Source of the DNA: a virus
Length of the DNA stretch: 64,000 nucleotides
Virus record (IMG/VR): IMGVR_UViG_3300010352_001565
Span: 115,055 to 179,054 of that record
Direction: 5' to 3' (one strand)
In this document: piece after piece, positions 1 through 9,547 of the stretch
Layout of the letters: every line of letters starts with the position of its first letter
Numbering within the stretch: the stretch's first letter is position 1
The notes under the pieces: generated by a model
The model's input: the letters and a program-made list of their open reading frames with translations, nothing else
What the model was told of the DNA's origin: nothing
Database searches by the model: none
Program-made: the position numbers and the translations under genes

Positions 1-66
1 CACCGCCAACCCATTCATTTGCTGACGAAACCTCAAATTAAACCACAAACCGAAAGGAAACCCATT

Positions 67-414
67 ATGGGAGCAGACGTAGGACAGTTGCTCTTCGGAG
101 CTAAAATATCGGAAAAGATCGCGCAAGAGATCTTCAAAGCGTGCGGACTCGACGAATACGGCCGCAAAGACGACAAGGGCGGTCAAGAAGTCTCTGAAGG
201 AGTCATTGTCGACATGCCGTACGAGACGGACGAGTATTACCTCGCGCTCAACGACGAGACCAATCGTGAGTCGCAAAATGGAGGTGACTTCATTGGCGAG
301 AACATCGAGACGCCTTCGTACGGCCGCGCCAGAATAGAGGCAGCGCTGAAGAAGTTCAATCTGCCGGTCGAGACCGCAAAGATCGGTTGGTATCTGATCG
401 GGCACTATGACTAG
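67..414 (+). CDS. hypothetical protein (ORF 19..414; first ATG at 67)
   Basis: Long ORF, acidic product, same orientation as downstream operon; no recognisable motifs. Confidence 0.4.
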   Translation: MGADVGQLLFGAKISEKIAQEIFKACGLDEYGRKDDKGGQEVSEGVIVDMPYETDEYYLALNDETNRESQNGGDFIGENIETPSYGRARIEAALKKFNLPVETAKIGWYLIGHYD

Positions 415-592
415 AAAGCTCGACCTCAAACCTGATCAAGTTGATCGGCGCATCCACGTCTGGGTGCAGCCGATCAACGGCTACGCGCTGCATGAAGAGG
501 CGCGGAAAGACAGCAGTCTGAAGTACTGCATCTGCCAGCAGATGTTCGTCGCAGCAACCAATCCAAGCTGCACTAAAAGGATTTGTGGCTAA
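407..592 (+). CDS. hypothetical small Cys-containing protein
   Basis: 61-aa ORF overlapping stop of upstream gene by 8 nt (coupled arrangement). Confidence 0.25.
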   Translation: MTRKLDLKPDQVDRRIHVWVQPINGYALHEEARKDSSLKYCICQQMFVAATNPSCTKRICG

Positions 593-779
593 AAAGAAAC
601 CAACCATAATTCGCACCAACGACAAACTGCGGGTTGAAGTCGACAAGAATCACAACTACAACTCCAGGTGCCAGTGCATGGCTTGCCTCCAGTTCTGGCT
701 CGCGTTCGCGAGTGGAGAAATTGAGGTTCTAAGCCCAGATGGGCGCCGCATGGTCCCACCTGGAACGAGACAGGCATGA
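585..779 (+). CDS. hypothetical small protein
   Basis: 64-aa ORF, start overlaps previous stop, CxC..C residues. Confidence 0.25.
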   Translation: MAKKKPTIIRTNDKLRVEVDKNHNYNSRCQCMACLQFWLAFASGEIEVLSPDGRRMVPPGTRQA

Positions 780-957
780 ACGCAAAACACATTTTTCAAG
801 GCCAACCGGCACCTTCACTGGCGCAATGCCAGGCCATGATCGATTGGTATTTCAAGACTTATCCCGAGATGGCGCGCGCAGTCAAGCGCCAGCAGCGCCA
901 ACTCGAGGCTAAAAGACGCGGAATAAAGTAGTCCCGTGATGCGTATCCGACTGGTCG

Positions 958-972
958 TAGTTAGGCCATATG
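958..972 (+). promoter_or_regulatory. late-type motif TAGTTA-N6-ATG (variant spacing) before gene 970
   Basis: gtcgTAGTTAggccatATG; same hexamer as 11 other pre-start sites. Confidence 0.35.
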
Positions 973-3087
973 AAACTACGATCAGTCGCACTGTTAACGG
1001 TTATCGTCCTTCTGGGTACGCGCGCGTTCTGCGGAATTCCGTTCGTCGTCCCACTAGACGAGGAGATCAATTACGAAACTAAGACCAACGTCGCCACCCT
1101 GGCCATCAAGGGCATCAACGAGTTTGGGCAATTACCCATCGACCAGGTAACGGTCGCCTCGAACGTCCTGAACCTCAGAATCGTCACGCTGGAGACCGCC
1201 ACCAAAGCGGACATCACCACGACTTCTAACGCCCTCGACTTCAAGATCATAACTGCATCCAACTTTGTTAGCGCGGCAGTCAATACCGCGTCTAACGAGC
1301 TCAAAGCGGCGATCTCAGGAATTCCAGGAGTGGACGGTTCAGCGTACGTCCCAACTGTAAGTGGCGGAGCTACCAACCTAACGATCTACTCTCAGACCCC
1401 GTCTGGGACTCGCCAGGTGCGCTACCTCGAGGCCAAAACAACAGTCTCTGAGGTCGTCGATGGCACTCAGGTTTTAAACATCGCAGGGGGTCCTGACGGG
1501 CTTATTGGTTCGTACCAGAAGCTGCACGGAATACCAATGCCGGAGCAACGAGCCAGTTCCGGCCCACACCACGTTGTAACGTGGTACTGGAGTGGACCGG
1601 CTCAGCCGTACGGAGTGTTTCCAACTCTTGAGACCGGAGATAAAATCATCAAGGTTGACCAGGTTGGACCGACCTCTGCCATCACTTGGTCTGTTGAAGG
1701 TGACGCAAGCGCCCACATGCAGTGGTCGAGTCTTACAGAGCTGATGAACCAAATGGGTGGCACGTTCGAATCTGGAACGTACGAAATGGCAGTAGAGCAA
1801 GACTACGCCACGTCATCGGATTTTACCGCCGCGTCTGCGTCGCTCTTAGGAACCATCAACGGTCTTCCTGCGGAAGGAACGATGCACAACCTGTCTGTGT
1901 ACAACGTCACGACAAACTTGGAGGTGAATCTAAGCCCTACAATTCCTTCGTCGTACTTTACGTCAATGGGAGTTCCAGTACCTGGAGCGATGGGTCAGTA
2001 CGTCAAAGTTGACGGATCAGACCCATACGCCTTTGAGCAAACATTCGGCGGAATCATGGATCACGCTTACAAGTTTGAAACCCAAGGAGGATCAGTGGCT
2101 CTTGTGCGCCACTCTGACAGCACTGTCATGCATACCTTCACCGTTTCTGAGTGGGAAGCGGCGTTCGCTCAATTCAGAGTGTTTCAGACTAACGCGACCG
2201 TGTCTTCTTCAGGCACCACCTCTACCGCATCTCCTGCAGGTCCAGATCCAAAGACTCGCACCCAGTTTTCTGGAAGTAACGTCGAGCTCGAGCTATATGC
2301 GAACGCTGAGAGCGACTGGACTGGAATCGACTGGATAGCTTCTGACAAGACGACAGTGACGGCCACGATCAAGTACGGAAACTCTACCGTCGTCGGCGAT
2401 CTTCAAAACTCGTTGTTCATCGGACCGAGAAACGGCGGTGACCTCAAGCTAGTCACCGGAGGATACGCAACTCCACGGTTCACCTTGAAGGACAGCGGCA
2501 AGATTGGCATTGGAACGGTTCTAAACCCAGACAGCTTGTTCCAACTTCCTGGATACAACAACGGAGTCTATGGCGCTCTGATGGTAGGAGCCGACAACTT
2601 CACTTGGGATGACGGCGCTGTGGCTTTCGGTATTTGGGCGGACAGCTCGCTTCCTCAGCAGGGTGGAGGATCGTCTCCGCGATTCGCATTTATTCCGAAG
2701 GCTACCGATCACGGTGGCGCTGCAAAGCTGATCATCGGCTGGAATGCACCTTACGGAAGCGTGCTTGACTTTGGAGGCGATGTTTCGATCTACCGCTCGA
2801 CAGACGGCATGTTGGGCTTCTCCATCTACGATGGTTCGAGCGCGGCGTACAACGGCCTCACATTCAGCCAGAGTAAAGTGGCAGACATGACAGCGTGCAC
2901 GACTGTCAAACTTCCTGCGGTTGAGTCATCTGGACCAATCAAGAATGGAAACCTGTATTGGTACACTGCAGCGGACCTGGCTGGGTTAAACGCTGGAGCT
3001 GCCGCGAGTGCTCCTAACGGATCGCTTGGTACGACAGCTGATGGAAACCTCTACCTTCGCACTGGCGGCGCCTGGGTCCAGAAATAA
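970..3087 (+). CDS. large secreted protein (Sec signal peptide), possible fibre/adhesin-like
   Basis: N-terminus MKLRSVALLTVIVLLGTRAFCG (n-h-c signal peptide); N-terminal module after signal similar to gene 30110 (..PLDEEINYETKTNVA.. vs ..PLEEELQDQTRTNIA..). Confidence 0.6.
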   Translation: MKLRSVALLTVIVLLGTRAFCGIPFVVPLDEEINYETKTNVATLAIKGINEFGQLPIDQVTVASNVLNLRIVTLETATKADITTTSNALDFKIITASNFVSAAVNTASNELKAAISGIPGVDGSAYVPTVSGGATNLTIYSQTPSGTRQVRYLEAKTTVSEVVDGTQVLNIAGGPDGLIGSYQKLHGIPMPEQRASSGPHHVVTWYWSGPAQPYGVFPTLETGDKIIKVDQVGPTSAITWSVEGDASAHMQWSSLTELMNQMGGTFESGTYEMAVEQDYATSSDFTAASASLLGTINGLPAEGTMHNLSVYNVTTNLEVNLSPTIPSSYFTSMGVPVPGAMGQYVKVDGSDPYAFEQTFGGIMDHAYKFETQGGSVALVRHSDSTVMHTFTVSEWEAAFAQFRVFQTNATVSSSGTTSTASPAGPDPKTRTQFSGSNVELELYANAESDWTGIDWIASDKTTVTATIKYGNSTVVGDLQNSLFIGPRNGGDLKLVTGGYATPRFTLKDSGKIGIGTVLNPDSLFQLPGYNNGVYGALMVGADNFTWDDGAVAFGIWADSSLPQQGGGSSPRFAFIPKATDHGGAAKLIIGWNAPYGSVLDFGGDVSIYRSTDGMLGFSIYDGSSAAYNGLTFSQSKVADMTACTTVKLPAVESSGPIKNGNLYWYTAADLAGLNAGAAASAPNGSLGTTADGNLYLRTGGAWVQK

Positions 3088-3092
3088 CGAAC

Positions 3093-3968
3093 ATGAAGAC
3101 CATACTGTGCATCGATGGTGGTGGGATGAAGGGACTCATTCCCACCACGTTTCTCGCAAAGCTTGAAGACACGCAAGGAAAGCCATGCTACGAGATCTTT
3201 GACCTAGTTGCTGGCACATCTGTCGGAGGAATCGTTGCGGCGCTGATCGCGAGTGGAAACACCGCTGCGCAGGCGCTTCACTTTTTCGACAAGGACGGTA
3301 CAGACATCTTCAAAAAGAAGCAGTTCATGTCGCTGGACGGGATGTTCAGACCGCGCTACGGCGCCGACAAGATCGAGAAGTGCCTGAAAGCGCGGTTGGG
3401 TGACAACCTGATGAGCAGCGCGAAGATTCCGCTGCTTATCACATCGTTCGACCTGGCGGCGTATGACCCATTCTTCTTCAGGTCTTACGGAAGTGGAATG
3501 TACTACAAGATGTGGGAAGCTTGCCGCGCAACATCCGCAGCGCAGAGCTACTTCCCTGCTTTCAAGCTGACGAATAAAATTCTGTGGGATGGCGGAAGCG
3601 TTTGCAATAACCCGTCGCTAGTTGCGCTATCAGACGCCATCAGCATCTGGGGTAAGGGTGAGGGCTACCGCATCTTGTCGCTTGGGTGCGGCCAGACGTC
3701 AAGCAAGTTCGATCCTGCTTCGATGGCAAACGCTGGTGCCTTGAAAGTTGCGCTTGAAACGGTGTCGCTTATGATTGAAGCGAACGACGACCTCCCAACA
3801 ACTGTTCTCAGCCAGCTGATGGGGAGCAACTACATCCGCGTTCAACCAGAATGCACAGACTTCTCGCTCGATTCTGCCAGTAAAGAAGACATCGAGAAGC
3901 TCAAAGCTGCAGGGGAGGAATGCGCCCGTCTAAACACGGACGTCATTAAGCAGTTCTCAACGAAATAG
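3093..3968 (+). CDS. patatin-like phospholipase
   Basis: N-terminal DGGGMKG oxyanion motif, GTSVGG (GxSxG nucleophile elbow), downstream D in DGG; patatin family hallmarks. Confidence 0.7.
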   Translation: MKTILCIDGGGMKGLIPTTFLAKLEDTQGKPCYEIFDLVAGTSVGGIVAALIASGNTAAQALHFFDKDGTDIFKKKQFMSLDGMFRPRYGADKIEKCLKARLGDNLMSSAKIPLLITSFDLAAYDPFFFRSYGSGMYYKMWEACRATSAAQSYFPAFKLTNKILWDGGSVCNNPSLVALSDAISIWGKGEGYRILSLGCGQTSSKFDPASMANAGALKVALETVSLMIEANDDLPTTVLSQLMGSNYIRVQPECTDFSLDSASKEDIEKLKAAGEECARLNTDVIKQFSTK

Positions 3969-3986
3969 GATTAGGTTATTGGTCAA

Positions 3987-4015
3987 GCCCGAGGCAAAAC
4001 ACCTCGGGCTTTTTA
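3987..4015 (+). terminator. rho-independent terminator
   Basis: gcccgagg-caaaaca-cctcgggc followed by TTTTT, immediately before promoter P1. Confidence 0.6.
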
Positions 4016-4041
4016 GTCTCAAAAATAGTTGCAAATAAATG

Positions 4042-4069
4042 TTTACAAATTTTAGTTTCGTGATATAGT
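4042..4069 (+). promoter_or_regulatory. sigma70-like promoter P1 (TTTACA-N16-TGaTATAGT), ATG 6 nt downstream
   Basis: aaaaatagttgcaaataaatgTTTACAaattttagtttcgTGaTATAGTgccatcATG; conserved upstream 30-bp element present. Confidence 0.6.
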
Positions 4070-4075
4070 GCCATC

Positions 4076-4438
4076 ATGATTACGAACATCCAAGAACGCG
4101 AAGAGCTTGAATTCGTTCACGAGCGTGAAGACCGCATGTGCCTCGAAGAAGCCGCTAGCTCGGTTTCAATGGGCAACGCCGACGCTCGCGCGGAGATCAA
4201 CGCTGCCCTTGCCAAAGGATTGTTCGTAGTGGTCTTTGAGCATCCCGCTTACTGCCGCGCGACTGACGCCATCTGCGGAACGTGGGTTGACGCCCACTCG
4301 ACGCACGCCACTCGCTCCCGCGCTCAAGCCGCCATCGACTCACTTACCAGTAGCGATTTTGACCCTGAGACCAATGTCTACATCCTCCCTCGCGCCGACG
4401 TTCAACCCTCAACCGGAGACGAAGAGCTCCCATTCTGA
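4076..4438 (+). CDS. small acidic protein (early-gene-like)
   Basis: ATG 6 nt after -10 of P1 (leaderless); acidic 120-aa product. Confidence 0.5.
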   Translation: MITNIQEREELEFVHEREDRMCLEEAASSVSMGNADARAEINAALAKGLFVVVFEHPAYCRATDAICGTWVDAHSTHATRSRAQAAIDSLTSSDFDPETNVYILPRADVQPSTGDEELPF

Positions 4439-4441
4439 TTT

Positions 4442-4714
4442 ATGCCTGACATTCCACTGCCACTAAATTTTGAGTCGTTAGCAGAGCAGATTTCCGAAGA
4501 ATACGACGATGACGCTCGCTATTCGCTTAACCGCGACGGAAGCACGCTTTACCTCCAATACTCGGACCACCACAACGGACAGCTCTACGTCGTTGTTTTG
4601 CAGGAGAGCGACGAGCTCTACCAGGCAATTGAGGCCAGAATCGAGGAAGGAGCGTTCTGGGCGACGAAGGAAGAAATGCTGAGACTCGGCGGAAAACTTA
4701 TCGGAGAAGACTAA
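4442..4714 (+). CDS. small acidic protein
   Basis: ORF with AATTTATGCC start context shared by several genes; 90 aa. Confidence 0.5.
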   Translation: MPDIPLPLNFESLAEQISEEYDDDARYSLNRDGSTLYLQYSDHHNGQLYVVVLQESDELYQAIEARIEEGAFWATKEEMLRLGGKLIGED

Positions 4715-4717
4715 TTT

Positions 4718-5032
4718 ATGCCAGAAAAATTACAAATTCAAACCCACCACATCGCCTGGATCTTCGAGTCCGCGCAAGAGCACTTCGCCAAGAAGATTGC
4801 TGAAATGGAACTCGAGATCATGCGCCACGAACACTTCGCGAACGACCCGCTTATCGACGTGCGCATGAGAGTCCGCAAGACCCGCGTCGCTCGAGTTGCC
4901 GAGCTTCGCACGCGCCTTGAGGAATACCGCATGGTGGCTGAGTTCTGTCGCGAAGGTCGCGAGAAAGCGGTCGACGTCTCTGCCGAAGAGTTTGCCAAAG
5001 AATTCAAAAAATCATTCACCAAGGGACAATAG
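4718..5032 (+). CDS. hypothetical protein
   Basis: 104-aa ORF, TAATTTATGCC start context. Confidence 0.5.
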   Translation: MPEKLQIQTHHIAWIFESAQEHFAKKIAEMELEIMRHEHFANDPLIDVRMRVRKTRVARVAELRTRLEEYRMVAEFCREGREKAVDVSAEEFAKEFKKSFTKGQ

Positions 5033-5037
5033 GTAGT

Positions 5038-5301
5038 ATGCCAAAAGAAACCACCATAAAGCACGCGGAGTGGCTTGCGACCGACGAGATCAAGTCGGTC
5101 CACGTCAATAACTCAGAGATGCAGGAGTGCCTTGAGCAGTATCGCAAAACAACGGTGACTGCGTCGACTGACGAAGACTCGAGCGTGCTAGACGCTGCCG
5201 TGTTTGTGGACAACGAGGGATGCATCCAGATCTTCCACAAGAATGGGGGCTGGATTCGCTGCGTGCCGTTCGTCGCTGACGTTGCTCCGTTCGCGGGATA
5301 A
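5038..5301 (+). CDS. hypothetical protein
   Basis: 87-aa ORF in same operon. Confidence 0.45.
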   Translation: MPKETTIKHAEWLATDEIKSVHVNNSEMQECLEQYRKTTVTASTDEDSSVLDAAVFVDNEGCIQIFHKNGGWIRCVPFVADVAPFAG

Positions 5302-5304
5302 TTT

Positions 5305-5619
5305 ATGCCACAGCCATACCTAACCAATCTCAGGGTCAAGAAAGGTCCGCACGGGTGGATCGAGCTTGAAGACTGCAGTGTCCAGGTGGCACAGGCTAGC
5401 GGAGTCATGCGCGAGGACCGAGACGAGACTCAGGCTCGAATCATCCAGTGCATCAACGCCTGCGCCGGAATGCCAGATCCTGTCGCGGACATTCGAAGAC
5501 TCATGGAGGAAAATCGTCGGCTGCGTGAGATGGAGCGCCGCCTTCCAAATGCGGACTCGTCTGACCCCACCCAAGAATTCTGCGATCCGCCTCCCGGCAT
5601 ACAACCGTATGGTATTTGA
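5305..5619 (+). CDS. hypothetical protein
   Basis: 104-aa ORF, TAATTTATGCC start context. Confidence 0.45.
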   Translation: MPQPYLTNLRVKKGPHGWIELEDCSVQVAQASGVMREDRDETQARIIQCINACAGMPDPVADIRRLMEENRRLREMERRLPNADSSDPTQEFCDPPPGIQPYGI

Positions 5620-5935
5620 AAAAGAAGGAAAGAACGTCATCGTCACCGGGCTAGGAAACGGTGACAAGTTCAACATCTCTGAAACTCCGATGCGCGGCAA
5701 GCGCATCTACCGGGTGTGGACCATCTTGGATCGGACCAAGCTCTTGACGCGCTACTGCGACGGCAAACCGTACACCGTTGGAATCAAGGACGCGAATCCG
5801 ATTCACTGGACGAACGCATTCATTGAGGACTGCGTTCACGACTGGACGGTGCGTGGCGACCTTTTCATCTTTCACGCCCACTCGTCATACAAAGGACAAC
5901 AAATCGACCTGCTTATTCAGCTCTACGAGGAATGA
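5609..5935 (+). CDS. hypothetical protein (internal ATG of ORF 5366..5935)
   Basis: Upstream part of ORF 5366 overlaps gene 5305 in another frame; first non-overlapping ATG at 5609 (MVFEKEG..). Confidence 0.4.
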   Translation: MVFEKEGKNVIVTGLGNGDKFNISETPMRGKRIYRVWTILDRTKLLTRYCDGKPYTVGIKDANPIHWTNAFIEDCVHDWTVRGDLFIFHAHSSYKGQQIDLLIQLYEE

Positions 5936-6447
5936 AATACTTTACCGCAATTGCCGCAATGACCCAGGATCGCGTTATAGGCAACGGGGATGCGATACCA
6001 TGGAAGATCAAAGAAGAGTTGGCGTGGTTCAAACGGGTAACAATGGGCCATGCTCTGGTAATGGGCCGGAAGACCTACGAGTCCATCGGGAAACCTCTTC
6101 CAGGTCGCGACACACTCGTATTATCTCGCGCCGGGCGCTGCGGTTTACCGGAGACTCCGAATGGAGTCAAGGTCATCACGTGCCTCGAGTGCGTCAACCC
6201 GAATGACACCTGCAAGACCGTCTTCATCTGCGGAGGCGAGCAGATTTACCGGCAGGCTCTCCCGTATTGCCTCGATCTCTATTTGACCATCGTGCACCGT
6301 TCGTACGAAGGCGACAAATTTTTCCCGAAGTTCGAGCACCTTTTCAAGCGGGTTGAGACGGTAGGAAAGTTCGACGAGTTCACCATCTACCACTACAGAA
6401 ATCTCGCTCCCAGAAACCCACCACGGCTTCAAGGCACAGGTTCTTAA
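5932..6447 (+). CDS. folA: dihydrofolate reductase
   Basis: N-terminal IAAMxxxRVIGxxxxIPW and downstream GRKTYESIG (DHFR NADPH/folate motifs); ~170 aa; ATGA overlap with upstream gene. Confidence 0.8.
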   Translation: MKYFTAIAAMTQDRVIGNGDAIPWKIKEELAWFKRVTMGHALVMGRKTYESIGKPLPGRDTLVLSRAGRCGLPETPNGVKVITCLECVNPNDTCKTVFICGGEQIYRQALPYCLDLYLTIVHRSYEGDKFFPKFEHLFKRVETVGKFDEFTIYHYRNLAPRNPPRLQGTGS

Positions 6448-6612
6448 TAGCGTTCAGATCAGTCAATGCTCCAGAGGAAGCGCCAGCCGCTAGTGCGCTC
6501 TAGAATGAATGCTTGGCCGACTATACTCTCCAAGCGTCCTTGCGGGTTGACGGCAGCCTGAATCATTCACAACTGCGGAGCCGGAGGGTGAGGTGCATAT
6601 TCACCCGTTAAC

Positions 6613-6646
6613 GCCCTGGGTATCTCGAACTACCCAGGGCTTTTTC
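6613..6646 (+). terminator. rho-independent terminator
   Basis: gccctgggta-tctcgaac-tacccagggc then TTTTT; lies 165 nt after DHFR stop. Confidence 0.55.
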
Positions 6647-6667
6647 TTCAAGTTCTTACACCTGACT

Positions 6668-7537
6668 ATGAGCTACGCAAAAATGAGCATTTGGGAGCGC
6701 GCTGGAGATTCAGGGGTTTGGCGCCTGTTTCGAGCTGACGCCAACAGCATCGACCAGCTGAAATCACTGATCACGCTTTGCTACAATGTCAGCTACGACG
6801 CCATCAGCTTTGTTCAAACAGGAAAGGAGTATACTTTCAGCTTCACCGATTTTCGTGAGTCTGACAGTGGAATCAAGTACGACTACACCTACCGCTTCAT
6901 GATTGGTGACAGCGTTGTAGACCCAATTCCAAGCGATGCTGCTGAACCTGGTCACGCGAAGAAAGCGACGCACTACCCTGACCGCATGCGCCGTTCAGTC
7001 TTGCAGGACTGGGTGATGGAGCAAACATTCATGCAGCAGTCTGTCCTCATCGCTGCAATGCGCGGACCTGATGGGGTGGAAAAGAACCACCTGTCAAAGA
7101 AGCTCGCTAAGTGGTATCGCCGTTGCGTGGTCATCTCCGCGTTTGATCGGCGCGCCCTGGACAACCCCTATCATCCCGGTGGCGGATCTTACACAGGACC
7201 AAGCATGGAGGTTGACAGCATGACTCTCCAGGTATTCCAAGACACCGGAAAGGGACTTGACGCCATCAACTGGGAAGCTGCCATGGACGGCGTGGTCAAG
7301 GACTACTTGAAATCCATTGACAGCTTGCCGCACCACTACCACCTTCACTTTCTGCACGCCATCGAGATTCTTGGATACAAGCATAGTGACCTGAGGATCC
7401 GAAAATGGTGGCACAAAACCTATTTGCGCATGGTGCACGACATGCACCTCGCTCCAGAAACCGAACAGCAGCTTGACAACCGACTCGACGATAACGAGTC
7501 GAAATGGAGAGCTGACGAAACACGATTCAAGAAATGA
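6668..7537 (+). CDS. hypothetical protein
   Basis: ORF 6593..7537 trimmed to first ATG after terminator (MSYAKMSIW..). Confidence 0.5.
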   Translation: MSYAKMSIWERAGDSGVWRLFRADANSIDQLKSLITLCYNVSYDAISFVQTGKEYTFSFTDFRESDSGIKYDYTYRFMIGDSVVDPIPSDAAEPGHAKKATHYPDRMRRSVLQDWVMEQTFMQQSVLIAAMRGPDGVEKNHLSKKLAKWYRRCVVISAFDRRALDNPYHPGGGSYTGPSMEVDSMTLQVFQDTGKGLDAINWEAAMDGVVKDYLKSIDSLPHHYHLHFLHAIEILGYKHSDLRIRKWWHKTYLRMVHDMHLAPETEQQLDNRLDDNESKWRADETRFKK

Positions 7538-7902
7538 GAAAAGACTACGTCATCGAGTGCATCTGCGCGGCAGTGACCCTTCAAAAAGGAGCGAGTTCGC
7601 ACAATGTCAACGTGGACAACGCCCTGCAGCTTCTGTCAGACATGATCAGTACTGCGTGGACAGTTGAATACAACAAAAACAAGCAGCTTGAAAAGAGCCA
7701 CGCTGATGTCGTAAATCAAAACTTCTGGAACGCCGTGCATACTGAGCTTGAGTGCACCCAGAAGGTGTACAAGTTCGCCGCCTGGCACGGACCAGTAGTG
7801 AACCCGCCAGGACAAGAGGGCAACGTCCACCTCGAATTTTCAGGAATCAACACCGTCGAGAGAATTTGCTTTGACATAAAACTAGTCGACTTAAAATCAT
7901 GA
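7534..7902 (+). CDS. hypothetical protein
   Basis: 122-aa ORF, ATGA overlap. Confidence 0.45.
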   Translation: MRKDYVIECICAAVTLQKGASSHNVNVDNALQLLSDMISTAWTVEYNKNKQLEKSHADVVNQNFWNAVHTELECTQKVYKFAAWHGPVVNPPGQEGNVHLEFSGINTVERICFDIKLVDLKS

Positions 7903-8402
7903 GAACGTCTACCTGCATAATACGCAAAACCGTATTCAACATAAAAACGCGCAAGTATAAACGTGCAAACAGCCGCCTGTGTGACCAGCACGCCAACTAC
8001 CTGCTGTCTGAGTTTGATTCACCATGCGCCGCTTATCGTCCAACAGGCACTGCGAGATCTGGCAACGTCTATTGGCCGTTCGGAACGCCGAAGGTCGGTG
8101 ACGACTCACAAGTGACCGCAAGCGTTTATCGCGACGAAAACGGAAAGAAGTTCGTCATCTGCCAGACAGAAGCTCAGATGATGGACTGCGGAATCCGTTC
8201 GCCGTTTTTGCCTCTGTTCACTACGCTCCCGCCAAAAGTGGTAACCGTAACACTCACCCCAGAACTGGCGGCATGCGTGAAGAAGCCTCTTCCTGATCCT
8301 ACGCCGATGGCGAAGTTCATGCAGAAGAAGATCAAGTCGATGGAGGCATCCCCAAAGTTTCCAATCTTGACCGAAGGAAAGCGCAACCGCAAAATCAGCT
8401 AG
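7899..8402 (+). CDS. hypothetical protein
   Basis: 167-aa ORF, ATGA overlap. Confidence 0.45.
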   Translation: MRTSTCIIRKTVFNIKTRKYKRANSRLCDQHANYLLSEFDSPCAAYRPTGTARSGNVYWPFGTPKVGDDSQVTASVYRDENGKKFVICQTEAQMMDCGIRSPFLPLFTTLPPKVVTVTLTPELAACVKKPLPDPTPMAKFMQKKIKSMEASPKFPILTEGKRNRKIS

Positions 8403-8403
8403 T

Positions 8404-8661
8404 ATGATTACGGCAAAACAAGCAAGGAAAGCGCTCGCAAGCAGCGCAAAGAAAGAGCCAGATCGGGTTGAGCAGGCGCTCAACAAGATCGACAAAGAGG
8501 TCAGAAAAGCGATTAAGCGCGGTGAATCCAGAATTGTGTTTGCGGATGGCGAACTGAATTCAGGAGAAACTGAGCAGCTTCGATCTGAGCTGCGCAAAAT
8601 TGGATACTCTTTCCAGCGCGAATCAGAAAACGGACTCCACTACGAACTCTTAATTTGGTAA
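8404..8661 (+). CDS. hypothetical protein
   Basis: 85-aa ORF. Confidence 0.4.
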   Translation: MITAKQARKALASSAKKEPDRVEQALNKIDKEVRKAIKRGESRIVFADGELNSGETEQLRSELRKIGYSFQRESENGLHYELLIW

Positions 8662-8849
8662 TGAAAAAGAAACTCCGCCTTAAAATCCGCCGGCACCTCA
8701 TCGCTGGCGGACCAACAGGAGCTTTCGCGGGTATCGCACCGATGTCTGAGATCGAAAAGGTGTGGTCCTCGCTGAGCCAGTCGCAGAGGACGCAAGCATT
8801 CAAAAACACCGTCTCGAGCGTTGAGGCGTACAACAACTCTAAACCATGA
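8655..8849 (+). CDS. hypothetical small basic protein
   Basis: 64-aa ORF bridging two genes. Confidence 0.3.
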   Translation: MVMKKKLRLKIRRHLIAGGPTGAFAGIAPMSEIEKVWSSLSQSQRTQAFKNTVSSVEAYNNSKP

Positions 8850-9526
8850 AATACTTCCTCGACACCGAGTTCGTTGAAAACGGCCAGACCATTGACCTGA
8901 TCAGCATCGCGCTGATCGCTGAAGACGGCCGCGTCTTCTATGCACAAAACGCGATGTGCGACTTCAAGCAAGCTTCAGATTGGGTCTGGCGCAACGTGTT
9001 TCCTCATCTTACTCACTTCGACATGAGCGGGAAGCGCAACTGCTCAAAGTCAGGAGACGCAGACGAGAAATGCTGGGATAAACAAAACTGCCCATGGTCG
9101 TACCGCGGCAAAATAAGAGACAGCATCTTAGAGTTCTGCAACATCGAGAGGTACGGAAAGCCAGAGATTTGGGGATACTTCGCGGACTATGACTGGGTTG
9201 CGTTTTGCCAGCTATTCGGTCGGATGGTCGATCTTCCAAAAGGATTTCCGATGTACTGCCGTGACCTGAAGCAGCTGGCTTCGTCTAAAAACCTGATGAT
9301 AAGCTGCGATGGCACGCACAACGCCAAGAGCGACGCTGAGTGGGTAAAGGCCCAGCACTTCATGGTCGATTCTCTCGACTTAGACTTGCCAAGCGACCGC
9401 ATCAAGCAGATCAGATCTTTAGCGTTGAGCTCAAGGACGACAGAAGCGGCTGTCGCTGCTGCGGCGACTGTCGCCGAGCTTGTGGCGCGTAAGCCTAAGA
9501 AGTGTTCAAAGAAAGCCAATTGTTAA
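8846..9526 (+). CDS. DEDDh-type 3'-5' exonuclease (DnaQ/oligoribonuclease-like)
   Basis: Exo motif I FLDTEF (DxE), motif II YFADYDWVAF, motif III HNAKSDAEW (H-x4-D). Confidence 0.65.
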   Translation: MKYFLDTEFVENGQTIDLISIALIAEDGRVFYAQNAMCDFKQASDWVWRNVFPHLTHFDMSGKRNCSKSGDADEKCWDKQNCPWSYRGKIRDSILEFCNIERYGKPEIWGYFADYDWVAFCQLFGRMVDLPKGFPMYCRDLKQLASSKNLMISCDGTHNAKSDAEWVKAQHFMVDSLDLDLPSDRIKQIRSLALSSRTTEAAVAAAATVAELVARKPKKCSKKANC

Positions 9527-9547
9527 CAGTTTGATGTTCTAACTTGT

